Part shown: piece after piece, positions 22,898-32,581 of the stretch
How positions within the stretch are numbered: the first letter of the stretch is position 1
How the letters are laid out: each line of letters begins with the position of its first letter
Assembly (NCBI GenBank): GCA_031414955.1
Contig: JANOQV010000173.1
Location: 1-58,339, forward strand
From: Pedosphaera sp.
GTDB lineage: Bacteria; Verrucomicrobiota; Verrucomicrobiia; Limisphaerales; SIBH01
Direction: 5' to 3'
DNA: 58,339 nt
Notes under the pieces: model-generated
What the model saw: the letters and a program-made list of their open reading frames with translations, nothing else
Databases searched by the model: none
Told to the model about the DNA's origin: nothing
Made by a program: the position numbers and the translations under genes

Positions 22898-24463
22898 TTA
22901 CTTGGCGAACTCTACGCAACGCGTCTCGCGGATGACAGTGACGCGGATTTGCCCTGGGTACTGTAGCTCCTCCTCGACCCGGTGCGTGATGTCGCGCGCG
23001 AGTTTGAAGGCCCGGTCGTCGTTGACCTGGTCCGGTTGCACGAAGACGCGCAACTCGCGGCCGGCCTGCACGGCATAGACTTTCTCGACGCCCTCGAAGG
23101 ACAGACCAATGCGCTCGAGATCCTCCACCCGCTTGATGTAAGTGGTCAGAGTCTCAGAGCGGGCGCCTGGACGTGAGGCGCTCATGGCGTCCGCGGCGCT
23201 GACCAAGACCCCCCAAGGACCGTTGGCTGGCACCTCGCCGTGGTGCGAGGCCACGCCGTTGACGACCGGCTCCGGCTCGCCGTAACGCTTGACGATCTCC
23301 GCGCCGACGATGGCGTGTGGACCTTCAATCTCGTGAGTGACGGCCTTTCCAATGTCGTGCAGCAAACCAGCGCGCTTGGCGATCTGCACGTCCAAACCCA
23401 GTTCACCCGCCATCAGCGCCATCAAGTGCGCGACCTCGATGGAGTGTTCGAGCACGTTCTGCGAGTAACTCATGCGGAATTTGAGCTTACCCAGCAATTT
23501 CACAATCTCGGTGTGCATTGAAGTGACGCCGGCACGCAGAATCGCGTCCTCGCCGAAGCGGAGGACGGATTCTTCCATCTCGGTTTTCACCTTGATCACC
23601 ACTTCCTCGATCCGGGTGGGATGAATGCGGCCGTCGAGGATCAGCCGGGCCATCGCTTCGCGGGCGATCTCGCGGCGCACTGGATCAAAGCCGGAAAGCA
23701 CCACGGCGTTGGGCGTGTCGTCGATGAGTACAGTGATGCCGGTGGCCGCCTCAAAGGCGCGGATGTTACGCCCTTCGCGCCCGATGATGCGACCTTTGAT
23801 CTCATTGTCGGGCAAGGGGATGGTGGCGCTAGTGCTCTCAAAAGCATGGCTGCCGGCGTAGCGCTGGATGGCGGTGCTGATGATCCAGCGGGCCTTTTCC
23901 TCGGCGCGAGTCCGGGCTGCCTCGATGATGCGATGCGTGGTGGAGGCGGCCTCGTTCTGAGCCTGCTGTTCGACTTCCTTGAGCAACAGCGCACGGGCTT
24001 CGGCTAGGCCCAGATGGGCCGTGGCGGCGAGGGCGGAGGTGCGTTGGGTGAGCAGGGCTTCAAGTTCTGCTTTTAGCCCGTCAAGGCTGGCACGTTGTTG
24101 CTGCAACTCTACGTGCTCCTTGCGCAATGATTGTTCCTGGGCCACGAGGTTTTCGAGCTGCCGGTTGACGATCTGCTCTCGTTCGGTGGCGCGCGACTCG
24201 TTATCGGTGATTTGCTTTTGACGCGCCGCGAAGGACTGCTCGGTCGCCTGCCGGAGGCTCAACGCGTCCTCGTTGACTCGAATTCGGGCCTCGCGCTGCA
24301 CGCTATCCGCTTCCCGCCGGGCCTGCTCCAAGCGCGCCTGGGTTTCAAGATTGCGCGCCTTGCTCAAAGTGTGTTCCTTCCAACGCAGCAAGGCAAATAC
24401 GAGCAAGGAACCCGCGGCAAAGCCCAGGCCAACCGCCGCGTAGCTGTTTACGGCCAAAATCAT
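22898..24463 (-). CDS. rny: Ribonuclease Y
   Basis: N-terminal TM helix, coiled coil, KGRIIGREGRNIR KH domain, GLLHDIGKA HD domain, SASRPGAR. Confidence 0.97.
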   Translation of the reverse strand: MILAVNSYAAVGLGFAAGSLLVFALLRWKEHTLSKARNLETQARLEQARREADSVQREARIRVNEDALSLRQATEQSFAARQKQITDNESRATEREQIVNRQLENLVAQEQSLRKEHVELQQQRASLDGLKAELEALLTQRTSALAATAHLGLAEARALLLKEVEQQAQNEAASTTHRIIEAARTRAEEKARWIISTAIQRYAGSHAFESTSATIPLPDNEIKGRIIGREGRNIRAFEAATGITVLIDDTPNAVVLSGFDPVRREIAREAMARLILDGRIHPTRIEEVVIKVKTEMEESVLRFGEDAILRAGVTSMHTEIVKLLGKLKFRMSYSQNVLEHSIEVAHLMALMAGELGLDVQIAKRAGLLHDIGKAVTHEIEGPHAIVGAEIVKRYGEPEPVVNGVASHHGEVPANGPWGVLVSAADAMSASRPGARSETLTTYIKRVEDLERIGLSFEGVEKVYAVQAGRELRVFVQPDQVNDDRAFKLARDITHRVEEELQYPGQIRVTVIRETRCVEFAK

Positions 24464-24464
24464 T

Positions 24465-25043
24465 TCAAACCGGGCGCGGACACAAATGCCAGCGCGTCGG
24501 AGTTAGTATCGAATCAACCCGCACATCATGAGGTTCCACGGGCACGGATGGGACAAGCTGAACCTCGAACGCCACTCCGCATTTGTGCCCGCAAACCTCG
24601 GCCAACAGCCGGTCGTAGAAACCTTTGCCACGACCCAAACGGTTGCCACCCGGGTCGAAGGCTACGCCCGGAACGAGCACCAAGTCCAGTTGGTTTAACG
24701 GGACGACGGGGCAACACTCGGCAGGTTCCAGCACTCCGAAGCGGCCGGGACGAAGTTCCCGAAGACTGCGGACGATCGATGCGGTGTAACCATTACTGGT
24801 CAAATCGGTACGCGGCAGCATGACTGTCTTGCCGGCACGCCAAGAATTTTCCAGCAGCGACGTGATGTCCGGTTCGTCCGGCAGAGGAGAGAAGAGCAAG
24901 ACTTTTTGTGCGCGATTCCAAATTTCCTTCTCGATCATCACTTGCCGAAGTTGTTCGGAGAATTTGTGCCGCTGCTCTGGTTGGAGAGCACGAATGAGCG
25001 CGCGTGTCCGTGCGCGTAATTCCGTTTTACTGGCTGAATCCAT
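24465..25043 (-). CDS. 5-formyltetrahydrofolate cyclo-ligase
   Basis: KTELR, DLVLVPGVAFD...RLGRGKGFYDRLL, EPHD. Confidence 0.95.
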   Translation of the reverse strand: MDSASKTELRARTRALIRALQPEQRHKFSEQLRQVMIEKEIWNRAQKVLLFSPLPDEPDITSLLENSWRAGKTVMLPRTDLTSNGYTASIVRSLRELRPGRFGVLEPAECCPVVPLNQLDLVLVPGVAFDPGGNRLGRGKGFYDRLLAEVCGHKCGVAFEVQLVPSVPVEPHDVRVDSILTPTRWHLCPRPV

Positions 25044-25469
25044 CAATGATGGCGAGTGAATACCATTAGGCTGAAACAAAGCGCGAATCAAAATTCGGTC
25101 GCCCAATGTCAAGGAAGCTGCGGACGCCAAACTCCGCGCTCCGATGCGTCTCAGCAGCAAATTGGTCTGTTGCATTTGGAACTTGTCGTTGCGCTTTATC
25201 GTCTCCCCATCCCTCTCCTCCACTCAGAATGGAAGAGGGTGCCCGCAGGGCGAGAGAGGAGGTGTGCGGATGTGTCAGCAACACAATCGGCCATCGGCGA
25301 ACCTTGCGGTGTTGTTCCAGATCGTTGCCGCAGTAAACGACGCGAGTGTCGAGCCCCTTGGAGGGCGGCGCTGCAGGTCGCGGCCAGAGTTTTCGCCGGT
25401 GCGTCCCCGACTGTGGTGCGTGCCATGCGCGGCCTTGGCTTCGTCGTTCTCAAATGCCACCCTATTTCC

Positions 25470-25649
25470 ATGCTGGAAACTGAATCGGTGCAATGCCCGT
25501 TCTGCGGGCAGACTTTTGAACTGGCCGTGGACACGAGCGTGCCGAGCCAGCGGTTTGTCACGGACTGCGAGATTTGCTGCCGGCCCTTCGAAGTGGTGGC
25601 GGAGTGCGAGGCTGGACAAATTTTGTCGTTGGATGTGCTGGGCAGTTAA
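25470..25649 (+). CDS. CPXCG-motif cysteine-rich small protein
   Basis: QCPFCG...DCEICCRP. Confidence 0.88.
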   Translation: MLETESVQCPFCGQTFELAVDTSVPSQRFVTDCEICCRPFEVVAECEAGQILSLDVLGS

Positions 25650-25669
25650 TCGAAACTCCACTTCCGGTT

Positions 25670-25972
25670 ATGAAACCTGAAATCATTCTCTGGATTTACA
25701 TTGGGCTGCTGGTGATCGGCGGGCTGATTGGCTTCCTCAAGGCCAAGAGCAGGATCTCGCTCATCTCCTCGATCATTTTTGCCGTTGTGCTGGGCTTCGT
25801 GGCCATCGACAAGCCCGACCCTGTGTTCCGGGTCGAGTGGTCCTGGGGCATCTTAAGCTTTCTGGCGCTCATCTTTTTCATCCGCTTCCTGCGCACCAAG
25901 AAATTCATGCCCAGCGGGATGATGCTGCTGGTCACGGCGGTGACCATCATCGCGATGGTCTGGTTCAAGTAA
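25670..25972 (+). CDS. TMEM14 family membrane protein
   Basis: GGLIGFLKAKSRISLISS, RTKKFMPSG. Confidence 0.88.
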   Translation: MKPEIILWIYIGLLVIGGLIGFLKAKSRISLISSIIFAVVLGFVAIDKPDPVFRVEWSWGILSFLALIFFIRFLRTKKFMPSGMMLLVTAVTIIAMVWFK

Positions 25973-25975
25973 GCC

Positions 25976-28606
25976 GTGGCGAACCTGTCCCTGCCCATCT
26001 GGGCCGTTCACTCCGGCGTCGTCGGGGAACTCCGCGCCGGCAACCGCCTCGTCCTCGTCGCCCCCACCGGCTCGGGCAAGACCACCCAGGTGCCTCAAAT
26101 GTTGCTGGACGCCGGCCTGGCCGGCACTCGCAAGATTGTTGTGCTCCAACCGCGCCGCGTGGCCGCGCGCACCGTGGCCGCGCGCGTGGCCTGGGAACGC
26201 AACGTGAAACTGGGCAGTGAGGTGGGCTACCAGATTCGCTTCGACGATCACACCAGCCTCGGCACCCGCATCTGCTTCGTCACGGAGGGCATTCTGCTGC
26301 GCTGGCTCCAGGATGATCCGGCGCTCAGCGACATCGCGGTCATTCTGTTCGATGAGTTTCACGAGCGAAACTTGTTGAGCGACGTGGCGCTGGCCCTGGC
26401 CAAGGAGTTGCAACGCACCACGCGGCCCGATCTGAAAATCGCCGTGATGTCGGCCACGCTCGATGCGGAGCCGGTGGCCGCTTATCTCGACGATTGCCCC
26501 ATCATTGTCTCGGAAGGCCAGAGCTATCCGGTGGACCTGCACTATCTCGACCTGCCGGACGAGCGGCCGGTCACGGAAAAGGCGGCGGACATCGTGGAGC
26601 GCATCGTGAACTCGGGCGGTGGTGGCGACATTCTCGTTTTCATGCCCGGCGTGGGGGAAATCAACCAGACCATCGGGGCCATTCGCGCCGCGCGGACGCA
26701 GGAGAAGTTGGCGCTCATTCCGCTGCACGGCGAGTTGCAGGCGGAGGAACAGGACGCGGCCTTCGCGCCCAATCCATTGCGCAAGGTAGTCGTGGCCACG
26801 AACGTCGCGGAAACGTCCGTGACCATCGACGGCATCCTGCATGTGGTGGACAGCGGCGTGGCGCGCGTGGCGCGTTACGATGCGGAGCGTGGCATCGGCA
26901 CGCTGTTCCTGGAACCGATCAGCCGCGCCTCCGCCGATCAACGCAAGGGCCGGGCCGGGCGCACGGCCCCGGGTGATTGCTGGCGCCTGTGGACGGAGGG
27001 CGGGCACTTGAATCGCGCCGAGCGCAACACGCCGGAGATTCAGCGCAGCGATCTGGCCGAGGTGGTCTTGCTGCTGCACTCGCTGGGCATCAAGCGCGCG
27101 GTGGATTTTGACTGGCTGGACAAGCCGGACGCGCAGGCAGTCGAGCGCGCGGAGAAGCTGTTGCTCATGCTGGGAGCGTTGAGTGGAGGGGGGAAGGAGA
27201 AAGCAGAAATCACCTCCGACCTCACACCGGTCGGCCGGCAGATGCTGCGGCTGCCCATGCACCCGCGCTATTCGCGGATGTTGATCGAGGCGTCGCGGCG
27301 GGATTGTGTGCGCGCGGCGGCGCTGTGCGCGGCGCTGGTCAGCGGGCGGGATCTGCTCCAACGACTGCGGCGCGAGGACAAGCACATCGCCGAGGCGCGG
27401 GAGTTGTTCGAGGCGTCGCAGAACTCGGACTTCTTCACCCTGATGCGCGCGTTCCAGTACGCGAAGCGCGCGAACTTCAGCTTCGAGTCCTGTCGCAACT
27501 ACGGCCTCAACGCCCAGGTGGCGCGGCAGGTGGAGCAGACCTTCGAGCAGATCGTCACCATTGCGGAGCGGGAGAGGCTGATCGAGCGGCGGCCGGCGGA
27601 AGGCGAAGGCGGGGAAAGTCCAAGGTCCAAGGTCCAAGGTTCAAAGCCGGACGACGATGCATTGCTGCGCTGCCTGCTGGCCGGATTCATCGACCAACTC
27701 TGTGTCCGGCGCGATCTCGGCACGCTGGATTGCGACCTGACGGAGCGGCGGCAGGGTTCGCTGCTGCGCGAGAGCGTGGTGCAGAACTCAAACTTGCTGG
27801 TCGTGGCGAGCATTCGCGAAGTGCCGGGGCGCGGCCCGGAGGACTTGACCCTGCTTGGACTGGCCACGGCGGTAAGGCGCGAGTGGATCGAGGAGATGTT
27901 CCCGCAGCATCTTACTGGTGTGGTCGAGCACCTTTACGACCGGACGCACAAGCGCGTGGCGGCGGTGAAGTTGGTGCGCTTCGCCGATCTGGTCATCCAC
28001 CACGAGCACCAGCGCGAGGTGGTGCCCGAAGCCTCCGGCCTGGCGCTGGCCGAGGCGGCGCGGCGCGGGTATTTCGAACTGCCGCTGTTGAACCACGACG
28101 TGAAGCAGTTCATCGCGCGGGTGAATCTGATCTGCGCCGCGCTGCCGGAACTGGAGATGCCGCCGCTGGATGAGCCGGCCATCACGCGCTGCCTGGCCCG
28201 GGCTTTTCACGGCTTGACGCTGGCCAAGGAGGCGCAGGCCACGCACGTCCGCGAGGAATTCCACAAGCATCTGGCCCGCGAGCAACTGGCCTGGGTGGAT
28301 GAGTTGGCCCCGCTGTCCATCACCTGGCCCGACGGGCGCAAATTGAAACTGCTCTACCCGGAGGAGGCGCGGGACGAGGAGGGCGAGCCGAACTCACCCG
28401 AGGTGCAGGCAAAGCTCCACGAATGTTTCGCCGTGAAGGAGCATCCGCATCTCGCCGAGGGCCGGGTGCCGGTGAAACTCTGGCTGGCCTCGCCCGACGG
28501 GAAGCGGATAGAATCGACGTTCAACTGGCCGGCCTTTCGCACCAACACCTACCCGAAGCTCAAGCCGGCCTTGCAGAAGAAATTTCCCTCCCTGCTCTGG
28601 GTCTGA
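25976..28606 (+). CDS. hrpB: ATP-dependent RNA helicase HrpB
   Basis: APTGSGKTT, DEFHER, MSATL, ATNVAETSVTI, QRKGRAGR, HrpB-like C-terminus. Confidence 0.93.
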   Translation: MANLSLPIWAVHSGVVGELRAGNRLVLVAPTGSGKTTQVPQMLLDAGLAGTRKIVVLQPRRVAARTVAARVAWERNVKLGSEVGYQIRFDDHTSLGTRICFVTEGILLRWLQDDPALSDIAVILFDEFHERNLLSDVALALAKELQRTTRPDLKIAVMSATLDAEPVAAYLDDCPIIVSEGQSYPVDLHYLDLPDERPVTEKAADIVERIVNSGGGGDILVFMPGVGEINQTIGAIRAARTQEKLALIPLHGELQAEEQDAAFAPNPLRKVVVATNVAETSVTIDGILHVVDSGVARVARYDAERGIGTLFLEPISRASADQRKGRAGRTAPGDCWRLWTEGGHLNRAERNTPEIQRSDLAEVVLLLHSLGIKRAVDFDWLDKPDAQAVERAEKLLLMLGALSGGGKEKAEITSDLTPVGRQMLRLPMHPRYSRMLIEASRRDCVRAAALCAALVSGRDLLQRLRREDKHIAEARELFEASQNSDFFTLMRAFQYAKRANFSFESCRNYGLNAQVARQVEQTFEQIVTIAERERLIERRPAEGEGGESPRSKVQGSKPDDDALLRCLLAGFIDQLCVRRDLGTLDCDLTERRQGSLLRESVVQNSNLLVVASIREVPGRGPEDLTLLGLATAVRREWIEEMFPQHLTGVVEHLYDRTHKRVAAVKLVRFADLVIHHEHQREVVPEASGLALAEAARRGYFELPLLNHDVKQFIARVNLICAALPELEMPPLDEPAITRCLARAFHGLTLAKEAQATHVREEFHKHLAREQLAWVDELAPLSITWPDGRKLKLLYPEEARDEEGEPNSPEVQAKLHECFAVKEHPHLAEGRVPVKLWLASPDGKRIESTFNWPAFRTNTYPKLKPALQKKFPSLLWV
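27618..27645 (+). repeat. Heptamer tandem repeat (GTCCAAG)3 plus a degenerate unit, inside hrpB
   Basis: GTCCAAG GTCCAAG GTCCAAG GTTCAAA, encoding SPRSKVQGSK. Confidence 0.9.
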
Positions 28607-28612
28607 GCCGTC

Positions 28613-29434
28613 TTACGGCACCCAGCCGGGGATGAGGTCTCTGGCGTGGAAGTTGGCCAGCTTGGGCGGGCCTTCCTCGACTACGGGCAGGTCGCTGTGG
28701 ACTCTGGCCGCCCCGAGTCCCTGGATGCTCTCGACGTATTTTGCAGCCCCACATTGCATCACGTTGGACATGCGCACCAAGTCACGGAACCAGTTTGGAA
28801 AACGGTTGGTGAACTTCAGTTCCAGAATGACCTGCTGCTCAAAACGGAGCACTGGATCCTTCATGTCAATCTTGATCGAAGGGGACAGGTTTTCCTCGCC
28901 GAACACGTCTCGGTCAATGGTCACGCGCACCTGATCATTTTCACTCACGTAGGCCTCGCGCATGTAGAAGATATGGACCTTGGGCTTGGCGTGAATACGG
29001 TTCATCAGCTCGCAAAAACGCTGGAGCGCGACCATCTGCTTGGGCGCCTTGGACAGCAGGTGATCCTCCTGCGGGAGGTGCCCGGAGAGCAGGTAGGGGA
29101 CGAACTGCTGCCGCACGCCGCCGCGCTGCTTCATGATGCAGTTGTTCATGCGGCGCTTGATCTCGAAGAAGACCGGCGACTTGGGGTTCGTGTCGTAGTA
29201 GCGCAGGCGCAGCTTGTAACGGTTTTTGATCCCGTTGATCGTCTCCCAGTAGAGCTTCAAGTCGTCCGAGTCGAGGTAGAGGCTATGCACGGGGTAGGAG
29301 AAGTTGGGCTTGCCCACGCTGTACTCGTCGAAGTCGAGATAGCTGCGAACAAAGTCGCGCACCTTCAGAGCCATTTCCTCGGTGATGAGGTACTTCAGCT
29401 CGAACCGCTGTTGTTGCATCCTGTCTGCTGCCAT
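28613..29434 (-). CDS. VTC (polyphosphate polymerase) domain protein
   Basis: RFELKY, SLYLDS, KLRLRYY, FEIKRR, RVTIDR, ILELKF. Confidence 0.9.
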   Translation of the reverse strand: MAADRMQQQRFELKYLITEEMALKVRDFVRSYLDFDEYSVGKPNFSYPVHSLYLDSDDLKLYWETINGIKNRYKLRLRYYDTNPKSPVFFEIKRRMNNCIMKQRGGVRQQFVPYLLSGHLPQEDHLLSKAPKQMVALQRFCELMNRIHAKPKVHIFYMREAYVSENDQVRVTIDRDVFGEENLSPSIKIDMKDPVLRFEQQVILELKFTNRFPNWFRDLVRMSNVMQCGAAKYVESIQGLGAARVHSDLPVVEEGPPKLANFHARDLIPGWVP

Positions 29435-29636
29435 AAGTAAGTCCCGGGGCGCTGGGCGCTTTGGGAACGCGCAACGATTCTCACAAGCCAAGTGGATTTT
29501 CCAGTGAAGATTTTGCCTGAAGTTGCCGCCGGCAGCTTGGGTAGGTGCCGCTGTCGTCCGATGGAGCCGGTTTTTCCGATCAGGACCAGGTCAATCTGCG
29601 ACCGGGAGCGCGCCGTCGGTGCGTTGTGCTCCGGGG

Positions 29637-31364
29637 TTACTCGACCGCGCGCCAGTCCAGCACCTTCAACTGCACGCGGGTGTTGCCCTGATAGCTGTTC
29701 AATTCCGGCGCGAAGGCGAGGTCGAAACGGCCCACGGGCAGCGAGCGTTCGTCCACGTTCCAGAGCACGGCTTCGCAGGTGCGTTTCCCATCCGTGACCC
29801 AGAGCTTGGCGTGCTGCTTGTCCTTGCCCATGCGTTGCAGCGCGCGCTCGTGGCCGACGTTGCGGATGCAGAACTGCACGCGGGGGTTGCCCATGCCGGT
29901 TTGTTCGAGCCGACCCAGTTCTTCGATTCGCTGCACGCTCAGGTCGCTCATCGTCACTTCGCCATCCAGACGCAGCGAGGGTTGCAGTTGCTCGGGCTTC
30001 AAGGAGCGGCGGGCGATGGCGTTCATGCGCTCGCGGAAGGCGTCCACCTGGTCGGGATGAATGCTCAGTCCGGCGGCCATGGCGTGTCCGCCGTGGCGCA
30101 GCAACAGATCGTCGCATTCGCGGAGCGCGGCGGCGAGATCGAAGCCTTCGACGCTGCGACCGGAGCCGCGCCATTCAGCGCCTTCGCCGCCAATGATGAA
30201 GGTGGGCCGGTAGAATTCCTGGAGCACACGCGAGGCGACGATACCCACGACGCCGATGTGCCAGAGCAACTGCGCCTCGACGAGCGCGAAGTCGCGCGTG
30301 GCGTCGAAGCGCGCGCGGATGGCGCCGATGGCTTCCTTGCTGATGCCGCGCTCGATGTCCTGCCGCTCGCGGTTGCGCGCGTCGAGGCTGGCGGCGATGG
30401 GCTGGGCCGCGTCGAGGTCGCGGGCGAGGAGGAGGTTCAAGGCTTCTTCCGCGTTCTCCAGCCGGCCGGCGGCGTTGAGGCGAGGCGCGAGTTGGAAGCC
30501 GACTTCGTAGCCGCCGATCTTGCCCGTAATGCCGGCGACTTCCTTCAACGCAATCAAGCCGGGGCGCGTGGTCGTGGTCAGGCGCGGCAAACCGGCGCTG
30601 ACGAGGATGCGGTTCTCGCCCCTCAGCGGCACGAGATCCGCGATGGTGCCGAGCGCGACGAGGTCGAGCAAGGGACGGAGATCATATTCGGCCGCGCCGG
30701 GCAGGCCGGCTTCACGCGCACGCTTCAGAACAGCATGCGCCAGCTTGAAGGCGAGGCCGGCGGAGCAGAGTTCGGTGAAGCGAGAGGCCGGTTGAGGGTT
30801 GAGGGTTGAGAGCTGCGGGTTGACCAGCGCCACGGCGTCGGGTGGCGGTGTAGAGACTTGGTGGTGATCGAGGACCAGCACTTCCACGCTGCGTTCGCGC
30901 AACCAGGCAACTTGATCGCGTGCGGTCGAGCCGCAGTCCACGGCGAGCAGGAGCGTGACGGGGAATTTCGCGAGGCAATTCTCCACGCCAGACTGGCTGA
31001 GGCCGTAGCCCTCATCCATGCGATGCGGCAGGTAGCAGTGAACTTTCCAGCCCAGTGTGGTCAGGAATTCATGGAGCAGGGTGGTGGAGGTGACGCCATC
31101 GACATCGTAATCGCCAAAGATGACGAGCGGTTCATCATGCGCGCGCGCGCGGAGGAGCCGGTCCACGGCGGCCGCCATGTTTGGAAGGAGGAAGGGGTCG
31201 GCAAGATTCTTCAGGCGCGGTTCGAGAAAGCGTGTGATCGGTTCCGGCTCGCTCAGGCCGCGGTTGAGCAGGGCCTGGGCGAGGAGGGTGGAGATGCGCA
31301 GTTCCTTGGCGAGAAACTCGGCCAGCGCAGGCTGGGGCGGGGCGAGGGTCCAGCGGTATTTCAT
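29637..31364 (-). CDS. recJ: Single-stranded DNA exonuclease RecJ
   Basis: GDYDVDG, EGYGL, VDCG, DHH, LGTIADLVPL, PRLNAAGR, GGHAMAAG. Confidence 0.98.
   Translation of the reverse strand: MKYRWTLAPPQPALAEFLAKELRISTLLAQALLNRGLSEPEPITRFLEPRLKNLADPFLLPNMAAAVDRLLRARAHDEPLVIFGDYDVDGVTSTTLLHEFLTTLGWKVHCYLPHRMDEGYGLSQSGVENCLAKFPVTLLLAVDCGSTARDQVAWLRERSVEVLVLDHHQVSTPPPDAVALVNPQLSTLNPQPASRFTELCSAGLAFKLAHAVLKRAREAGLPGAAEYDLRPLLDLVALGTIADLVPLRGENRILVSAGLPRLTTTTRPGLIALKEVAGITGKIGGYEVGFQLAPRLNAAGRLENAEEALNLLLARDLDAAQPIAASLDARNRERQDIERGISKEAIGAIRARFDATRDFALVEAQLLWHIGVVGIVASRVLQEFYRPTFIIGGEGAEWRGSGRSVEGFDLAAALRECDDLLLRHGGHAMAAGLSIHPDQVDAFRERMNAIARRSLKPEQLQPSLRLDGEVTMSDLSVQRIEELGRLEQTGMGNPRVQFCIRNVGHERALQRMGKDKQHAKLWVTDGKRTCEAVLWNVDERSLPVGRFDLAFAPELNSYQGNTRVQLKVLDWRAVE
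30791..30825 (-). repeat. Heptamer tandem repeat (CTCAACC-type) inside recJ
   Basis: Plus strand GTTGAGG GTTGAGG GTTGAGA GCTGCGG GTTGACC, encoding NPQLSTLNPQP. Confidence 0.8.
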
Positions 31365-31372
31365 GCGCGGTG

Positions 31373-32299
31373 CTATTTCTTCCGCGTCAGCACCGAGAGG
31401 ACGATGGAGAGCGCAATGATTGCGACGACGATGCCCAGCGCCAGAATTGTGTTCACTTTCACGTCCCAAATCTCCGCCAGCATTTTTCCGCCGATGAAGA
31501 CGAGCACGAGGGAGAGTCCATATTTCAGCAGTCGGAAGGCGTCGATGGCATTGGCCAGGACGAAATAGAGGGAGCGCAGGCCGAGGATGGCGAAGACGTT
31601 GGAGGTGAAGACGAGGAACGGCTTCTCGGTGACGCCGAAAATGGCCGGGATGGAGTCGAGCGCGAAGATCAGATCAGTGGTCTCCACCATGATTAGGACC
31701 AGGGCGAGCGGGGTGAGGGCCAGTTTGCCGTTCAGGCGGGTCAGGAATTTGTGGCCCTCAAACTTCGGCGCGATGCGGAAGAAGCGGCGGGCCACTCGCA
31801 GGACGAAATTGTTCTCCGGTTCCACGCCGCCGGCACCGGCGAAGAACATCTTCACGCCGGTGAAAAGCAGGAAGGCACCAAAGACATAAAGCACCCAGTG
31901 GAAATTCTTCACCAGCACGGCGCCGACACCAATCAGCGCGCCGCGCATGATCAGTGCGCCGATGATGCCCCAGAAGAGCACGCGATGTTGATGCTCGGAT
32001 GGAACCTTGAAATAGGTGAAGAGCAGGGCGATGACGAAGACGTTGTCCATCGAGAGGGAGAGCTCGATGAGATAGCCGGTGACGAATTCGACGGCATGCT
32101 CGCGGTCCTTCCAGTAGGCAAGGCCGGCGGCGAAGATCATGGCTACGACGAACCAGACGCACGTCCAGGCGATGGCTTCCTTGAACTTGACGACGTGGGC
32201 ACGCCGGTGGAACACGCCCAGGTCGAGCGCCAGAAACATCAGAATGCAAACGATGAATCCGGCCCAATGCCAGGGAGTAATCGTGAGTGCGGCAAACAT
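31373..32299 (-). CDS. TerC/Alx family membrane protein
   Basis: GYLIELSLSMDNVFV, QHRVLFWGI, ETTDLIFALDSIPA, SNVFAILGLRSLYF. Confidence 0.95.
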   Translation of the reverse strand: MFAALTITPWHWAGFIVCILMFLALDLGVFHRRAHVVKFKEAIAWTCVWFVVAMIFAAGLAYWKDREHAVEFVTGYLIELSLSMDNVFVIALLFTYFKVPSEHQHRVLFWGIIGALIMRGALIGVGAVLVKNFHWVLYVFGAFLLFTGVKMFFAGAGGVEPENNFVLRVARRFFRIAPKFEGHKFLTRLNGKLALTPLALVLIMVETTDLIFALDSIPAIFGVTEKPFLVFTSNVFAILGLRSLYFVLANAIDAFRLLKYGLSLVLVFIGGKMLAEIWDVKVNTILALGIVVAIIALSIVLSVLTRKK

Positions 32300-32400
32300 G
32301 CGCGGCCAATAAACACGAAACGGCGGGAAGCAAACACCAAAAATGGGCGGGGTCTGAGAATCAATCGCAGCTGGCGATGCGGTCGCCAGTTGTTGGACCG

Positions 32401-32526
32401 CACCCTGGAAAGTGTCGCTACCTGCCGACACGAATGTCGGCGCTACGTCGTAACGCCGGCTTTCCAGCCGGCAGGTGGCGAGACTTTCCAGTCTCGCGTT
32501 GCTGCGGGCTGGAAAATCCGTACTCC
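32401..32526. repeat. Cluster of REP-like palindromes
   Basis: GCCGACA-cgaa-TGTCGGC-GCTAC, GTAAC-GCCGGC-tttcca-GCCGGC, GCGAGACT-ttcc-AGTCTCGC, CGGGCTGGAAAATCCG. Confidence 0.7.
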
Positions 32527-32581
32527 AGCGCCACCATGATTTCCGCTCGCGCGGTGGGCGCGCCGTTCCCATCATCGAGAA

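Noticed and set aside
32300..32400. yybP-ykoY (Mn) riboswitch upstream of terC
   Set aside because: The conserved riboswitch motifs could not be identified. The region looks like a promoter followed by REP repeats.
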